Positions 38,315 through 47,385 of a stretch of DNA of 64,000 nucleotides are shown one piece after another (position 1 is the stretch's first letter; every line of letters starts with the position of its first letter). The stretch comes from Pseudobdellovibrionaceae bacterium (lineage in GTDB: Bacteria; Bdellovibrionota; Bdellovibrionia; Bdellovibrionales; UBA1609). Position numbers and translations under genes: made by a program. A model generated the notes under the pieces. The model searched no databases, had not been told where the DNA came from, and worked only from the letters and a program-made list of their open reading frames with translations. Location: assembly GCA_023954155.1 (NCBI GenBank), contig JAMLIO010000004.1, positions 436 through 64,435 of the forward strand, read 5' to 3'.

Positions 38315-40131
38315 GGCGTGACCTCGGGTTCTGAGTGTTGGGGCGCGGGCACGTTTAATAGAGCTTTGATCTTGTGAGCTACAGTTTCAGCCTGAATGGG
38401 CCAACCATTAAAAGTACTGACCCCCATTACCTGACATTTGGGGCTTTCAAGTTGAGATTTTAAAATTTGCATCAGTTGCAGGTCCCTGTTCTGTTCAATG
38501 ACGATAATCTGTTCATGAGACGCTGCGAATTCTAGAACCTCGTCGTGCAAGGGAAGTGATTTGACTTCGCATAAATCAAATTTATATCCACTAAGCAGAT
38601 TAAAAATTTCTGGAAAAATTTGAGTGGTGGTGCCGTAGTACATGAGCCCCAAAGAGTTGTTTGCATTTGCGATACGAGGTTGAGGCAGACGGGCTCTGGC
38701 ATTGAGCACTTTCTTTTTCAGACGTTCAAGCTTGTCTTCATACACATCGGGGTTTTCGGAATAAGAGGCATCGGTGTTATGTCCAGAGCCTCTAGTCATA
38801 TAAGGCGCAAGCTTATGATGAGTGCCTGGTAAGGTGCGACTGGGTACCCCCTCTTCATCGCCTAGGTAGCGTTGAAAATCAGGTAGGGACTCAAGGTCTA
38901 TTTCTGAAAGGACCTTGCCTCGGTTTAATGGACTAGAGGGCTGCTTAAGTGTCGGTCCTACCCATGTGTTCATACCTAGATCAAGGTCAGATAACACAAA
39001 CACAGGCGTTTGATAGTATTCAGAAACATCAAAAGCTGTAAAAGCCATATTGTAGCACTCGTTGATTGTGCTGGGGAGTAAAATAGGATGGAAGGTGTCT
39101 CCGTGTGAGGAGTAGTAAGCGCTGAGTACATCCCCTTGTGATGTACGAGTGGGTAAGCCCGTTGAAGGCCCCACTCTTTGAATGTCCCACACCACAGTAG
39201 GAATTTCGGCAAAGTAGGCCAGTCCTATAGCTTCGTTCATCAAACTTAAGCCTGGACCAGAGGTGGCTGTGGCTGCACGCGCACCTGCCCAGTTGGCACC
39301 GACAACAGCGCACACGGCAGAAATCTCGTCTTCGGCTTGAATCACTGCATAGTGATTTTTACCTTTAGAGCTTTTGGGACGCAAATGTTCCACATAGTTT
39401 TCAAAAGACTCCACCAACGAAGAGGACGGTGTGATCGGGTACCATGTCGCCACCGTACAACCTGCATCCACCCAACCCAGGGCCGCAGCCTGATTGCCTT
39501 CGATGAGGATTTGATCTGTAGGTGGCTCTTTTTTGAGAGTGGAGATATGAGCACTGAGTTCTGTAAATTCAGACGCATGCTCTTGGATAAAAAGCTCATA
39601 CCCTTTTTCAAAAGCTTGAAAGTTAAGATCCACAACAGAAGATGACTTAAAGGTCTCTTGTAATAAAGTTTTAAAAGTTTCAGGTTTTAAACCCAAAAGG
39701 GCTGCTGTCCACCCCACATAATAGAGATTGGAAATACGTTTTTTAATTTTGATGGGCGCTTCTATGTCTTTACCTAATGCACGAAACGAAGCGCTGAACT
39801 GTTTAGGGCGGTCTTCTGCTAAAGACTTTTGATCCTGATTGAAAAAGATTAAACTTTCTGAAGTGGTAAAGTCAGTCAGGTCTTTGTTAAAAGTTTGAGG
39901 GTTAAGTCCTAGGTACAAATCATTTTGGGATTTTAGACCATTGTAACTTTCGCTTAGTCGCAGAATATAATATGTGGGAAGACCTTCAATATTAGAAGGG
40001 AAAATGTTTTTTCCCACAACATGAAAGCCCTCACGAAACAGAGCCTTATGCAGTAAGCGGTTTGCGGTTAGGCTTCCACTTCCATTGGGTGAGGCGATGA
40101 TGATTTGAAAATCAAAAAAAGAGACGCTCAT
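38311..40131 (-). CDS. 2-oxoacid:ferredoxin oxidoreductase alpha subunit (fused gamma-alpha type), KorA-like
   Basis: N-terminal POR gamma-like block (ASPNGSGSLTANRLL...) followed by the POR_N block GNQAAALGWVDAGCTVATWYPITPSS. Confidence 0.8.
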   Translation of the reverse strand: MSVSFFDFQIIIASPNGSGSLTANRLLHKALFREGFHVVGKNIFPSNIEGLPTYYILRLSESYNGLKSQNDLYLGLNPQTFNKDLTDFTTSESLIFFNQDQKSLAEDRPKQFSASFRALGKDIEAPIKIKKRISNLYYVGWTAALLGLKPETFKTLLQETFKSSSVVDLNFQAFEKGYELFIQEHASEFTELSAHISTLKKEPPTDQILIEGNQAAALGWVDAGCTVATWYPITPSSSLVESFENYVEHLRPKSSKGKNHYAVIQAEDEISAVCAVVGANWAGARAATATSGPGLSLMNEAIGLAYFAEIPTVVWDIQRVGPSTGLPTRTSQGDVLSAYYSSHGDTFHPILLPSTINECYNMAFTAFDVSEYYQTPVFVLSDLDLGMNTWVGPTLKQPSSPLNRGKVLSEIDLESLPDFQRYLGDEEGVPSRTLPGTHHKLAPYMTRGSGHNTDASYSENPDVYEDKLERLKKKVLNARARLPQPRIANANNSLGLMYYGTTTQIFPEIFNLLSGYKFDLCEVKSLPLHDEVLEFAASHEQIIVIEQNRDLQLMQILKSQLESPKCQVMGVSTFNGWPIQAETVAHKIKALLNVPAPQHSEPEVTP

Positions 40132-40142
40132 GCTCTTAAGGA

Positions 40143-40901
40143 TTAGGCCTCAGTCTTGGGACTGTCAAGTTCGTGGTCGTAGGCTTGGGGATTTATGGTG
40201 AGCACCCACTCTTTGTAGGCCTTTTTTACCACTTCAATATCTCCAGTGGGTTCAATGACAGGTCCAATATGAATATTGAGTCGTCCTGGGTAAGGGATCA
40301 GGCGGCCTTTGGGCCACAGCTTGGTGTTCCCATCAATATAGAGAAATAAAATGGGAGTGGCGTTAGTCTGAGAAAAGATGCTCACGCCTCTTTTGAAATT
40401 TTTAATATAGCCGTCAGCAGAACGTGTGCCTTCGGGGAATAAAATCAACCAAATTCGATCCAAGTTACTTAATAAACTGTTGATCAGCGTGATCACTTCC
40501 CCTTTTTTATCGTGGCGATCAATAGGGATAGCACCTAGGCAGTATTTTGAGAAAAAGGTAAAAATATCATTTCTAAACCAGTAATCTTTAGCTGCTGAAA
40601 TATAAAGGTCTCCCCAATATTTAAAGGGCACAGCGGCGGTGATAGACGTAGCATCCAAATGAGAGGAGTGGTTGCTGATGATCAGCAGTTTGGGGTGCTT
40701 TTGATAAAGTTCTTTAAAAGAGCCATGCACCTTAATGCGAATATAAATTCCAAAGCCCAAGCCTTTCAAAAAGAAGGCCCAGACTAAACTCACAAGCCAT
40801 GCCAAAAGATCAAAGTGGCGCGTAAAAAGAGGCAGATGCTTCAAGTGTGAAGGCAGCTTGGTCCACTGATCATTTTCGTAGTTCCAGTTTTTCATCTTCA
40901 T
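40143..40901 (-). CDS. plsC: 1-acyl-sn-glycerol-3-phosphate acyltransferase family protein
   Basis: NHSSHLD (HxxxxD) and FPEGTRS motifs. Confidence 0.8.
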   Translation of the reverse strand: MKMKNWNYENDQWTKLPSHLKHLPLFTRHFDLLAWLVSLVWAFFLKGLGFGIYIRIKVHGSFKELYQKHPKLLIISNHSSHLDATSITAAVPFKYWGDLYISAAKDYWFRNDIFTFFSKYCLGAIPIDRHDKKGEVITLINSLLSNLDRIWLILFPEGTRSADGYIKNFKRGVSIFSQTNATPILFLYIDGNTKLWPKGRLIPYPGRLNIHIGPVIEPTGDIEVVKKAYKEWVLTINPQAYDHELDSPKTEA

Positions 40902-41042
40902 GAGTTTAACCTCTTAATCTCCACCTAAATATGCCAGCCTCTGGCGTTTGCATCTAGTTTTGTTCTCATTATGTCTCACCTTTTATGACAATGGCATTGT
41001 ATGACTCTGCCTTCAGTGATCGGGGAGCGCCTGTGAAGTCCT

Positions 41043-41978
41043 TTACTGAAGCTGTCGTTCCATCCAAGGAAGTATCTGTAGAAAATAGTAGTAAGCAGGA
41101 TATACAAAGATCACTTTACTAACACGGCTAAGAATATCGCCACGACCGATGATGAATACCCCTTGATCTTTAATGCCCAAATCCTTTCTGATAATAGACA
41201 GAGTCCAATCCCCAATGACAGAAAAGATCACGGCAATAAGACCTGCACAGATCCAATCCAGTTCGTCTCGTTCGGGCAGCATACGGCGCCATCCCCAAGC
41301 CGCAGCCAGAGTAACAAGAGCTGCGACAACAAAACCTTCAAGTTTGATTTTGGAATTGATTCTGTTGCGCAAATTGATTTTGCCAAACTTTAAGCTGAGG
41401 CTGGCGCACACTGCTACAGAAAGTTCGCTAAGAGTGTAAAGGTAGATGATGATATAAAGACCATGGTCTAAATAAAGTATTCTGCCGCCATGAAGATAGA
41501 ACCAACCAAATAAAGAGTAACAGATCACAGACAGTGAAATGTACTGCACCATGTGGGTGACGTTATTCATAAAGATGGGAATAAGAATAAAAGCGAAAAG
41601 AGCCACCATTGGTAGGGCATAAAATACATTTAAGTAATCGGCCCCAGCATGTAAAAACCATGCGGTTACAACAATTAAAATGTACTCAAAACCAACAAAC
41701 CAGTGTCTGTGGTACATCCCCACCATTTGAAAAAAAGTTTTGCTAGCAAGTACAGAAAAAATTGCAAGTGCTACTAAGGGCCATGGCTTTGGAAGCGCGA
41801 AAACAACAAACAATACGGGCAGTACATAAGCCCAACTGACAAGGCTAGACCAACCTGTTTGATAAAAAATATCTTTGTTTCTTGAGGAAAATAGCAAAAT
41901 TCCTAATAGAGCTAAAAATAAAGCCAAGATTCCAAAATTCTCAAGATAAAATGCATTAGAAAAAAGAAAGCCGTCCAC
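41043..41978 (-). CDS. CdsA-like (CTP_transf_1 family) polytopic membrane protein with degenerate signature
   Basis: About 8 TM helices. The C-terminal SIIRKDLGIKDQGVFIIGRGDILSRVS aligns with the CDP-diglyceride synthetase signature SxxKRxxxxKDxGxxxPGHGGxxDRxD, but HGG and both Asp residues are replaced. Confidence 0.55.
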   Translation of the reverse strand: MDGFLFSNAFYLENFGILALFLALLGILLFSSRNKDIFYQTGWSSLVSWAYVLPVLFVVFALPKPWPLVALAIFSVLASKTFFQMVGMYHRHWFVGFEYILIVVTAWFLHAGADYLNVFYALPMVALFAFILIPIFMNNVTHMVQYISLSVICYSLFGWFYLHGGRILYLDHGLYIIIYLYTLSELSVAVCASLSLKFGKINLRNRINSKIKLEGFVVAALVTLAAAWGWRRMLPERDELDWICAGLIAVIFSVIGDWTLSIIRKDLGIKDQGVFIIGRGDILSRVSKVIFVYPAYYYFLQILPWMERQLQ

Positions 41979-42138
41979 AAAATCCCCTCAGAGGCGTACC
42001 TATAAAGTTGTTTAAGGGGATATTAGTCGGCATTGAAAACGATGTGTAGAGGCGGCGGGCAGAAGGTGTGCATATTGATGCCTTTTGTCATTTTGGCGAG
42101 AAAGTTTACCTCTTCTCTATTTAGTATCATCTTGAGGT

Positions 42139-43365
42139 ATGACAAATATCCTTCTGCTCGAAAAGATTCATTCCATCGCAAAAACTCATTACGAAGCCCA
42201 CGGTTTTCAAGTGACCGAACACGGTCCGTCTGAAACAGGGGCCCCTTTGGTGGGGCTTCTTAAGGGACAAGATATTGTGGGTTTACGGTCTAAAACTCAG
42301 CTCACTGGCGAGGTCTTACAAGAGTCACCCCATCTATCCGCAGTAGGAGCTTATTGTATAGGCACAAATCAAATCGACTTACAAACTGCATGCAAGTTGG
42401 GAGTCGCCGTATTTAATGCCCCTTTTAGTAACACTCGAAGTGTAGCCGAGATGGTGCTAGCCGAGATCATCTGTCTAGCGAGGGGTTTGTTTGCAAAATC
42501 CCAAAAGATGCACGCAGGAATCTGGGAAAAGTCAGCTGCAGGATCAAATGAAATCCGTGGAAAAGTTTTAGGCATTGTGGGTTATGGCCATATTGGCTCC
42601 CAGGTTGGAATTTTGGCTGAAAGCTTAGGCATGAGAGTGATCTTTTACGATGCCATTAAAAAATTACCCTTAGGAAACGCTGAAGAGATGATGACTTTGG
42701 GGGACGTACTCAGTCGTTCCGATTTTGTCACACTACATGTGCCACTGGATAAAACTACAGAGTGGATGATCGGCGAAAAACAATTTTCCATGATGAAAAA
42801 GGGTGCTGCATTTATCAACGCCAGCCGAGGACATGTCGTGCGTTTAGAGGCTTTAAAAAATGCTTTATTAACAGGGCATATATCAGGTGCTGCGATCGAC
42901 GTTTTCCCAGAAGAGCCCAAAGAAAACAACAGCACCTTTGCCCATGAGTTACAAAATATAGAAAATGTCATCTTAACTCCACACATCGCGGGAAGCACGA
43001 TTGAGGCCCAAGAGTCTATAGGAGTGGAGGTCACAGAAAGCCTGATCCGCTTTATGAAAACGGGCCATTCTGTGGGGGCTGTGAACTTCCCACAACTGTA
43101 TTTATCTGAACTGCAATCTGGCTACAGAATCCTAAACGTTCACAAAAACGTGGCAGGAGTCCTAGGGGAAGTAAATAAAATCTTCTCTCACCACAATATA
43201 AATATCTTAAGCCAACAGCTAAAAACCAACGAACAGATAGGGTATTTAGCGGTAGACGTAGAGGGCGCGGTAGACCCCAAAGTCGTAGATGCAATAGCCC
43301 ATCTGCCCACCTCCATCAAAACCCGCTTTCTTGCCAGCGAAGAGTTAGGTTCTAAATTTATTTGA
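42139..43365 (+). CDS. serA: D-3-phosphoglycerate dehydrogenase with C-terminal ACT domain
   Basis: GIVGYGHIGSQVG NAD-binding block, the catalytic-region block TPHIAGST, and an ACT domain. The last 13 codons lie inside palindromic element A. Confidence 0.9.
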   Translation: MTNILLLEKIHSIAKTHYEAHGFQVTEHGPSETGAPLVGLLKGQDIVGLRSKTQLTGEVLQESPHLSAVGAYCIGTNQIDLQTACKLGVAVFNAPFSNTRSVAEMVLAEIICLARGLFAKSQKMHAGIWEKSAAGSNEIRGKVLGIVGYGHIGSQVGILAESLGMRVIFYDAIKKLPLGNAEEMMTLGDVLSRSDFVTLHVPLDKTTEWMIGEKQFSMMKKGAAFINASRGHVVRLEALKNALLTGHISGAAIDVFPEEPKENNSTFAHELQNIENVILTPHIAGSTIEAQESIGVEVTESLIRFMKTGHSVGAVNFPQLYLSELQSGYRILNVHKNVAGVLGEVNKIFSHHNINILSQQLKTNEQIGYLAVDVEGAVDPKVVDAIAHLPTSIKTRFLASEELGSKFI

Positions 43366-43672
43366 AGTTTAAGTTTTGTCTTTGAATTTTAAGTTTTCTT
43401 AGAGATACATCTATCGAATGGCAGCTCCGAGCGAGCAATGCGTATCCGACTTGCGGCATAACTTTTGAATTGAAGTTTAATTTAAGGGAAGCTCCAAAGA
43501 AGTTTCTCTTAAATTAAACTTCAATTCAAGTTATGACGAAAGCCGAGACGCTTTGCACCCGAGTCGGCCTGTCTGCCATTCGATAGATGTATCTCTAAGA
43601 AAACTTAAAATTCAAAGACAAAACTTAAACTTCAAATAAATTTAGAACCTAACTCTTCGCTGGCAAGAAAGC
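43325..43672. repeat. Palindromic element A: exact 100-bp inverted arms around a 148-nt quasi-palindromic centre
   Basis: 43325-43424 is the exact reverse complement of 43573-43672, verified base by base. Inner near-perfect stem 43457-43486 / 43508-43535. Confidence 0.95.
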
Positions 43673-43710
43673 TTAGGGGGTGAGAGTTGTGGAGGAGTCT
43701 GGGGGAGCTT

Positions 43711-45084
43711 TTAGAGGTCGAAGACTTTGCCAGGGTTCATGATGTTGTCGGGGTCAAAGACGGTTTTGACTTGTTTCATGAGTTGGATTTCAGCTTCGGA
43801 TCTGCTGAAATTTAGAAAAGATTTTTTCACTAAGCCTACGCCATGTTCGGCTGAGATGCTGCCTTCGAATTCTTGAATCTTTTTGAACATGTAGGGGCTG
43901 GTGTTTTTGCAGGTGTTGATGAACTCGTCGAGTGGCATATCGTCGGGTCTGAGAATGTTGATGTGTAAGTTTCCATCACCTATGTGGCCAAACCATACAA
44001 CTTCGAAATTGGGGTATTTGGCATTTAAGTATTCTTCTGTGGTTTGTAAAAATTTGGGAATTAAACTGGTTTTTACTGAGACATCGTTTTTGTACGGGGA
44101 CTTATATGAAATGCACTCAGAAATGTCTTCTCTGTACTTCCACAGTTCTTTGTATTGACTGTGGTTCTGACTTAAAACGCCGTCAGTGATGAGCCCCTCT
44201 TCGAGAGCCTTTTCAAATAATCCCAGTGCTGTTTCTTCTTGGTTTTCGCTTTCAAAGTCGATGACTAAATAGTAGGGAGTCTTCTCGGCAATAGGGAATT
44301 GTAAAGTGGGGTTGTGGTGCAAAACATGTTTTAAGGCTTTGTCTGTAAACATCTCAAAGGCATTTAGGGTGAGTGAGCGAAAAAGTTTAAGTGTCGGTAA
44401 GATGGCGTCCACGCTATCTAAGGCTAACAAAAAAACCTGAGGGTTACGTTGAGGTTGAGTCAGTTTGAGTGTGGCTTTGGTGATAAAGCCCAGAGTGCCT
44501 TCGCTGCCAATAAAAAGGTTTTTAAAATCGTAACCTGTGGCGTTTTTTTCCAGTCCTTTATTAAGGTGTAAAACCTCTCCAGCACCTGTGACCACTTCCA
44601 AAGAGGTGACCCACTGTCTGAACATGCCGTAACGGATGACGTTAATGCCTCCAGCGTTAGTGGCAATGTTGCCCCCAATTTGGCTTGAGCCTACAGCGGC
44701 AAAATCTACTGGAAAAAAAAGCCCCTGATCTTTAGCAAAGTTTTGTAAGGTTTCTGTTACAACACCTGCTTCACAGGTGACACTTTGGTCGTCAGCATTA
44801 AAATCTAAAATTTGACTCATCTTTTCAAAAGACACAATCAGTTCCCCATTCAGAGCCACAGCTCCTGCGCTTAAACCTGTGCGTCCGCCACTGGGGACAA
44901 GGCCGACTCGGTTTTCACGTGCCCAGAGGACGATCTTCTGTACGTCTTCGGTGGATTTGGGAAAGGCCACGGCAAGGGCATTGGGAGTAAACTGCTTTAA
45001 CCAATCTTGGCCGTAAAAGGAAAGACTGTCTTTATCGAATAAAAGCTGCTCGGGTGGCAGCAAAGATTTTAAACTTTCAACCAT
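43711..45084 (-). CDS. FAD-linked oxidase (GlcD / D-lactate / D-2-hydroxyacid dehydrogenase family)
   Basis: 457 aa. FAD_binding_4 blocks (GGRTGLSAGAV, SQIGGNIATNAGG) and the C-terminal SAEHGVGLVK block. Confidence 0.8.
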   Translation of the reverse strand: MVESLKSLLPPEQLLFDKDSLSFYGQDWLKQFTPNALAVAFPKSTEDVQKIVLWARENRVGLVPSGGRTGLSAGAVALNGELIVSFEKMSQILDFNADDQSVTCEAGVVTETLQNFAKDQGLFFPVDFAAVGSSQIGGNIATNAGGINVIRYGMFRQWVTSLEVVTGAGEVLHLNKGLEKNATGYDFKNLFIGSEGTLGFITKATLKLTQPQRNPQVFLLALDSVDAILPTLKLFRSLTLNAFEMFTDKALKHVLHHNPTLQFPIAEKTPYYLVIDFESENQEETALGLFEKALEEGLITDGVLSQNHSQYKELWKYREDISECISYKSPYKNDVSVKTSLIPKFLQTTEEYLNAKYPNFEVVWFGHIGDGNLHINILRPDDMPLDEFINTCKNTSPYMFKKIQEFEGSISAEHGVGLVKKSFLNFSRSEAEIQLMKQVKTVFDPDNIMNPGKVFDL

Positions 45085-45098
45085 AATGAAAAAATGGC

Positions 45099-45458
45099 TT
45101 ATTTTTTAAGTTGTGACAAGGCGTTTTGAAGGTTTTTAAAGCGTTCGTCAGAAAATATCTCAAAAGCATGGCCTTCCACACGAGCTGTGTGGATATCTTT
45201 AAAAATACCTAGGGCATCGATAGTCCATTGGGGATCAGGATGGAATTCGCATTTAATCAGGATCTCTTCAAAAACGGCCCCAAGATCCGAGATTTCAGGA
45301 ATTCCGTAGGTTTTCCCTGTGCCTTTGATCTTGTGGAACTCTTCCCTTAAAGATTGAAAGTTTTTGGCTTCAATATGCTTGGTCATCGCTTCCAGCTTGT
45401 TAGGCATGGTTTGGATGTAGTTTTTTTGTAGCTCTTTTAACATTTCATCTAAATTCAT
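45099..45458 (-). CDS. Hpt (histidine phosphotransfer) domain protein
   Basis: FHKIKGTGKTYGIPEI (HxxKG motif). 4-nt overlap with the upstream kinase gene. Confidence 0.75.
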   Translation of the reverse strand: MNLDEMLKELQKNYIQTMPNKLEAMTKHIEAKNFQSLREEFHKIKGTGKTYGIPEISDLGAVFEEILIKCEFHPDPQWTIDALGIFKDIHTARVEGHAFEIFSDERFKNLQNALSQLKK

Positions 45459-46786
45459 GCGGCTGCTCCAGACCCTTGTTTTCTATATTTCCATTTTGGT
45501 AGTGTAAAATAAAAAGTACTTCCTTTTTGTGGAAGCGAGTTCACGCCAATGTCTCCACCGTGCTGTTCCACGATAGCTTTAGCAATAGCTAGCCCTAGAC
45601 CTGTGCCTTTAACCAAAGGATTTTGTTTATTGGTAGCTTGTCTGAATTTTTCAAAGATATATTTTTGATCATCAGGAGCAATTCCTTTTCCTTGATCAGA
45701 GATTTCAATCACCAATTGGTGTCGGGCATTTACAAAGTAATTCACTGTCACATATCCATTTTCAGGACTGTATTTGATGGCGTTGGATAAAAAGTTGGTG
45801 AGCACCTGTTGAATGCGATCTTGGTCAATAAAAATATCAATGGGTGTTTGCTGACGAATCGCCAGTTTAACCTGTGCAGTTTCGCAAAGACCTTGTAAGC
45901 TGCCAAAGGTTTTATTTAATAGATCTTCAATTTGTATCCATTTTTCATCGAGGTCTAATTTTTTAGCTTCAATCTTTGCTAAGTCTAAAAGATCGTTAAT
46001 CAAACGAATCAGACGATCAGTTTCTGTTTCCGCAATATTTAATAAGTTTACTGATTGAGGTGTAAGACTGTTAATAGCACTATTTTTAAGTAGACTTAAA
46101 GACCCTTTAATAGATGTCAGAGGAGTTCTTAACTCGTGGCTGGCAATATTTAAGAATTCAGACTTGGCGGAATCCAAAGTCTTTAACTCTTCAATGTTGT
46201 TGATCACTCGTTGAGCCAGGGAATTAAATGTAGATTGCAAGTCTCCAATTTCATTGGCATCAGGAGCTTGGAACTCGTAAGTGTAACGATCATTTAAGAA
46301 ATCCAACATTCGATGGTACAGGTTATCTAAAGGTTCAAAAATAGACCGATGAATATAGATGGAAATAAAAATTGTGCTGGCAATAAAACAAGAGATTAAA
46401 AGATAAATACACCAAACGATACGACTTCGATGAGCATCAAGCTTGGCTGAAAGATAATCACGATAATTGGTCTCTTGATCTACAAAATATTTAATGCGAT
46501 CGGGAATGGAATTGAACTTTCTATTGTTAATCGACTGAATGATGGAACTTAGAGCCTCTTGTCGATACTGTGGAGTGAGTTTTTTTCTCCACTCTACAAG
46601 TTCATTGGCAAAGTCTTTGGTGTACTTGGCAGATTTTAAAGTGGCCTCAATTTCCCAACTGGATTTCAGTTCAGAGTAGGTGTTTCTCCAATCTAAAAAA
46701 GAATCAATACATAATACAAGTGCGCCACCAAAACTGATGACGGCCACAAGCACTATAAAACGGATTCTAAATAAAATGGAATTCAC
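45455..46786 (-). CDS. Sensor histidine kinase
   Basis: Two TM segments plus a HAMP-like region. H-box ASHELRTPLTSI. N/G boxes LSNAIKYSP, DQGKGI, GTGLGLAIAK. Confidence 0.88.
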   Translation of the reverse strand: MNSILFRIRFIVLVAVISFGGALVLCIDSFLDWRNTYSELKSSWEIEATLKSAKYTKDFANELVEWRKKLTPQYRQEALSSIIQSINNRKFNSIPDRIKYFVDQETNYRDYLSAKLDAHRSRIVWCIYLLISCFIASTIFISIYIHRSIFEPLDNLYHRMLDFLNDRYTYEFQAPDANEIGDLQSTFNSLAQRVINNIEELKTLDSAKSEFLNIASHELRTPLTSIKGSLSLLKNSAINSLTPQSVNLLNIAETETDRLIRLINDLLDLAKIEAKKLDLDEKWIQIEDLLNKTFGSLQGLCETAQVKLAIRQQTPIDIFIDQDRIQQVLTNFLSNAIKYSPENGYVTVNYFVNARHQLVIEISDQGKGIAPDDQKYIFEKFRQATNKQNPLVKGTGLGLAIAKAIVEQHGGDIGVNSLPQKGSTFYFTLPKWKYRKQGSGAAA

Positions 46787-47151
46787 AGATTACCTGTCTC
46801 CTTTAAAATCTCGTGGATCTTTTCATTTAAGGTCAAAGGGTCAAAAGGTTTAGGGATAAAACCTGTGCCTATGGTTTCAAAGGTCTCTTTGTCTGTCATT
46901 TGTGAGCGAGCACTTAAAAAGATCACGGGAGTTTTTAAGTGCATTTTGCGTAACTCTTGACAAACCTTAAGGCCATTCATTTTAGGCATCATTTCATCAA
47001 GAAGAATTACATCAAAAGGTTCCTTTAAAGCTAAGTGGTAAGCGTCTTCGCCGTTATCTACAGCGGTGACCTCGTGACCTGCCATTGTTTCCAAAGTCAT
47101 TTTGGCAATAAGAGAGATATTTGGATCATCTTCAGCGAGCAGAATTTTCAA
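46783..47151 (-). CDS. Single-domain response regulator (REC)
   Basis: MKILLAEDDP..., ILLDEMMPKMNG, and a conserved Lys in IPKPF. Confidence 0.88.
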   Translation of the reverse strand: MKILLAEDDPNISLIAKMTLETMAGHEVTAVDNGEDAYHLALKEPFDVILLDEMMPKMNGLKVCQELRKMHLKTPVIFLSARSQMTDKETFETIGTGFIPKPFDPLTLNEKIHEILKETGNL

Positions 47152-47385
47152 GCCTCACTCCTTATGTGTCATCTCAGTTGTTAAATGCCCGTAACTTTGC
47201 GGGTTTACTCTTTAATTTCATCGGAGTGGGGACTTTGAATCTTAATACGCTAAGCATCTAGTTTTATTATTAAATTATAAGGTTATAAGCTTTGTGGCAT
47301 GGGGATGGATATCATCTAGTTTTTCTGGAAGTCTTTGCCCTAGAGGATGGTCGTGCCTTAAACTAAAACGTACGCAGGAGTTTTT

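Noticed and set aside
42033-42233. ORF 42033-42233 (+) upstream of and overlapping serA.
   Set aside because: It is in a different frame from serA, whose N-terminus (MTNILLLEKIH...) is well supported. The translation is arginine/serine-rich noise.
43325-43672. Considered element A to be a simple assembly foldback or duplication artefact.
   Set aside because: A foldback artefact would give a fully symmetric inverted duplication. Here a 148-nt asymmetric centre is present, and two other loci (B, C) show the same design. It still needs read-level confirmation, so it is kept as a finding with that caveat.
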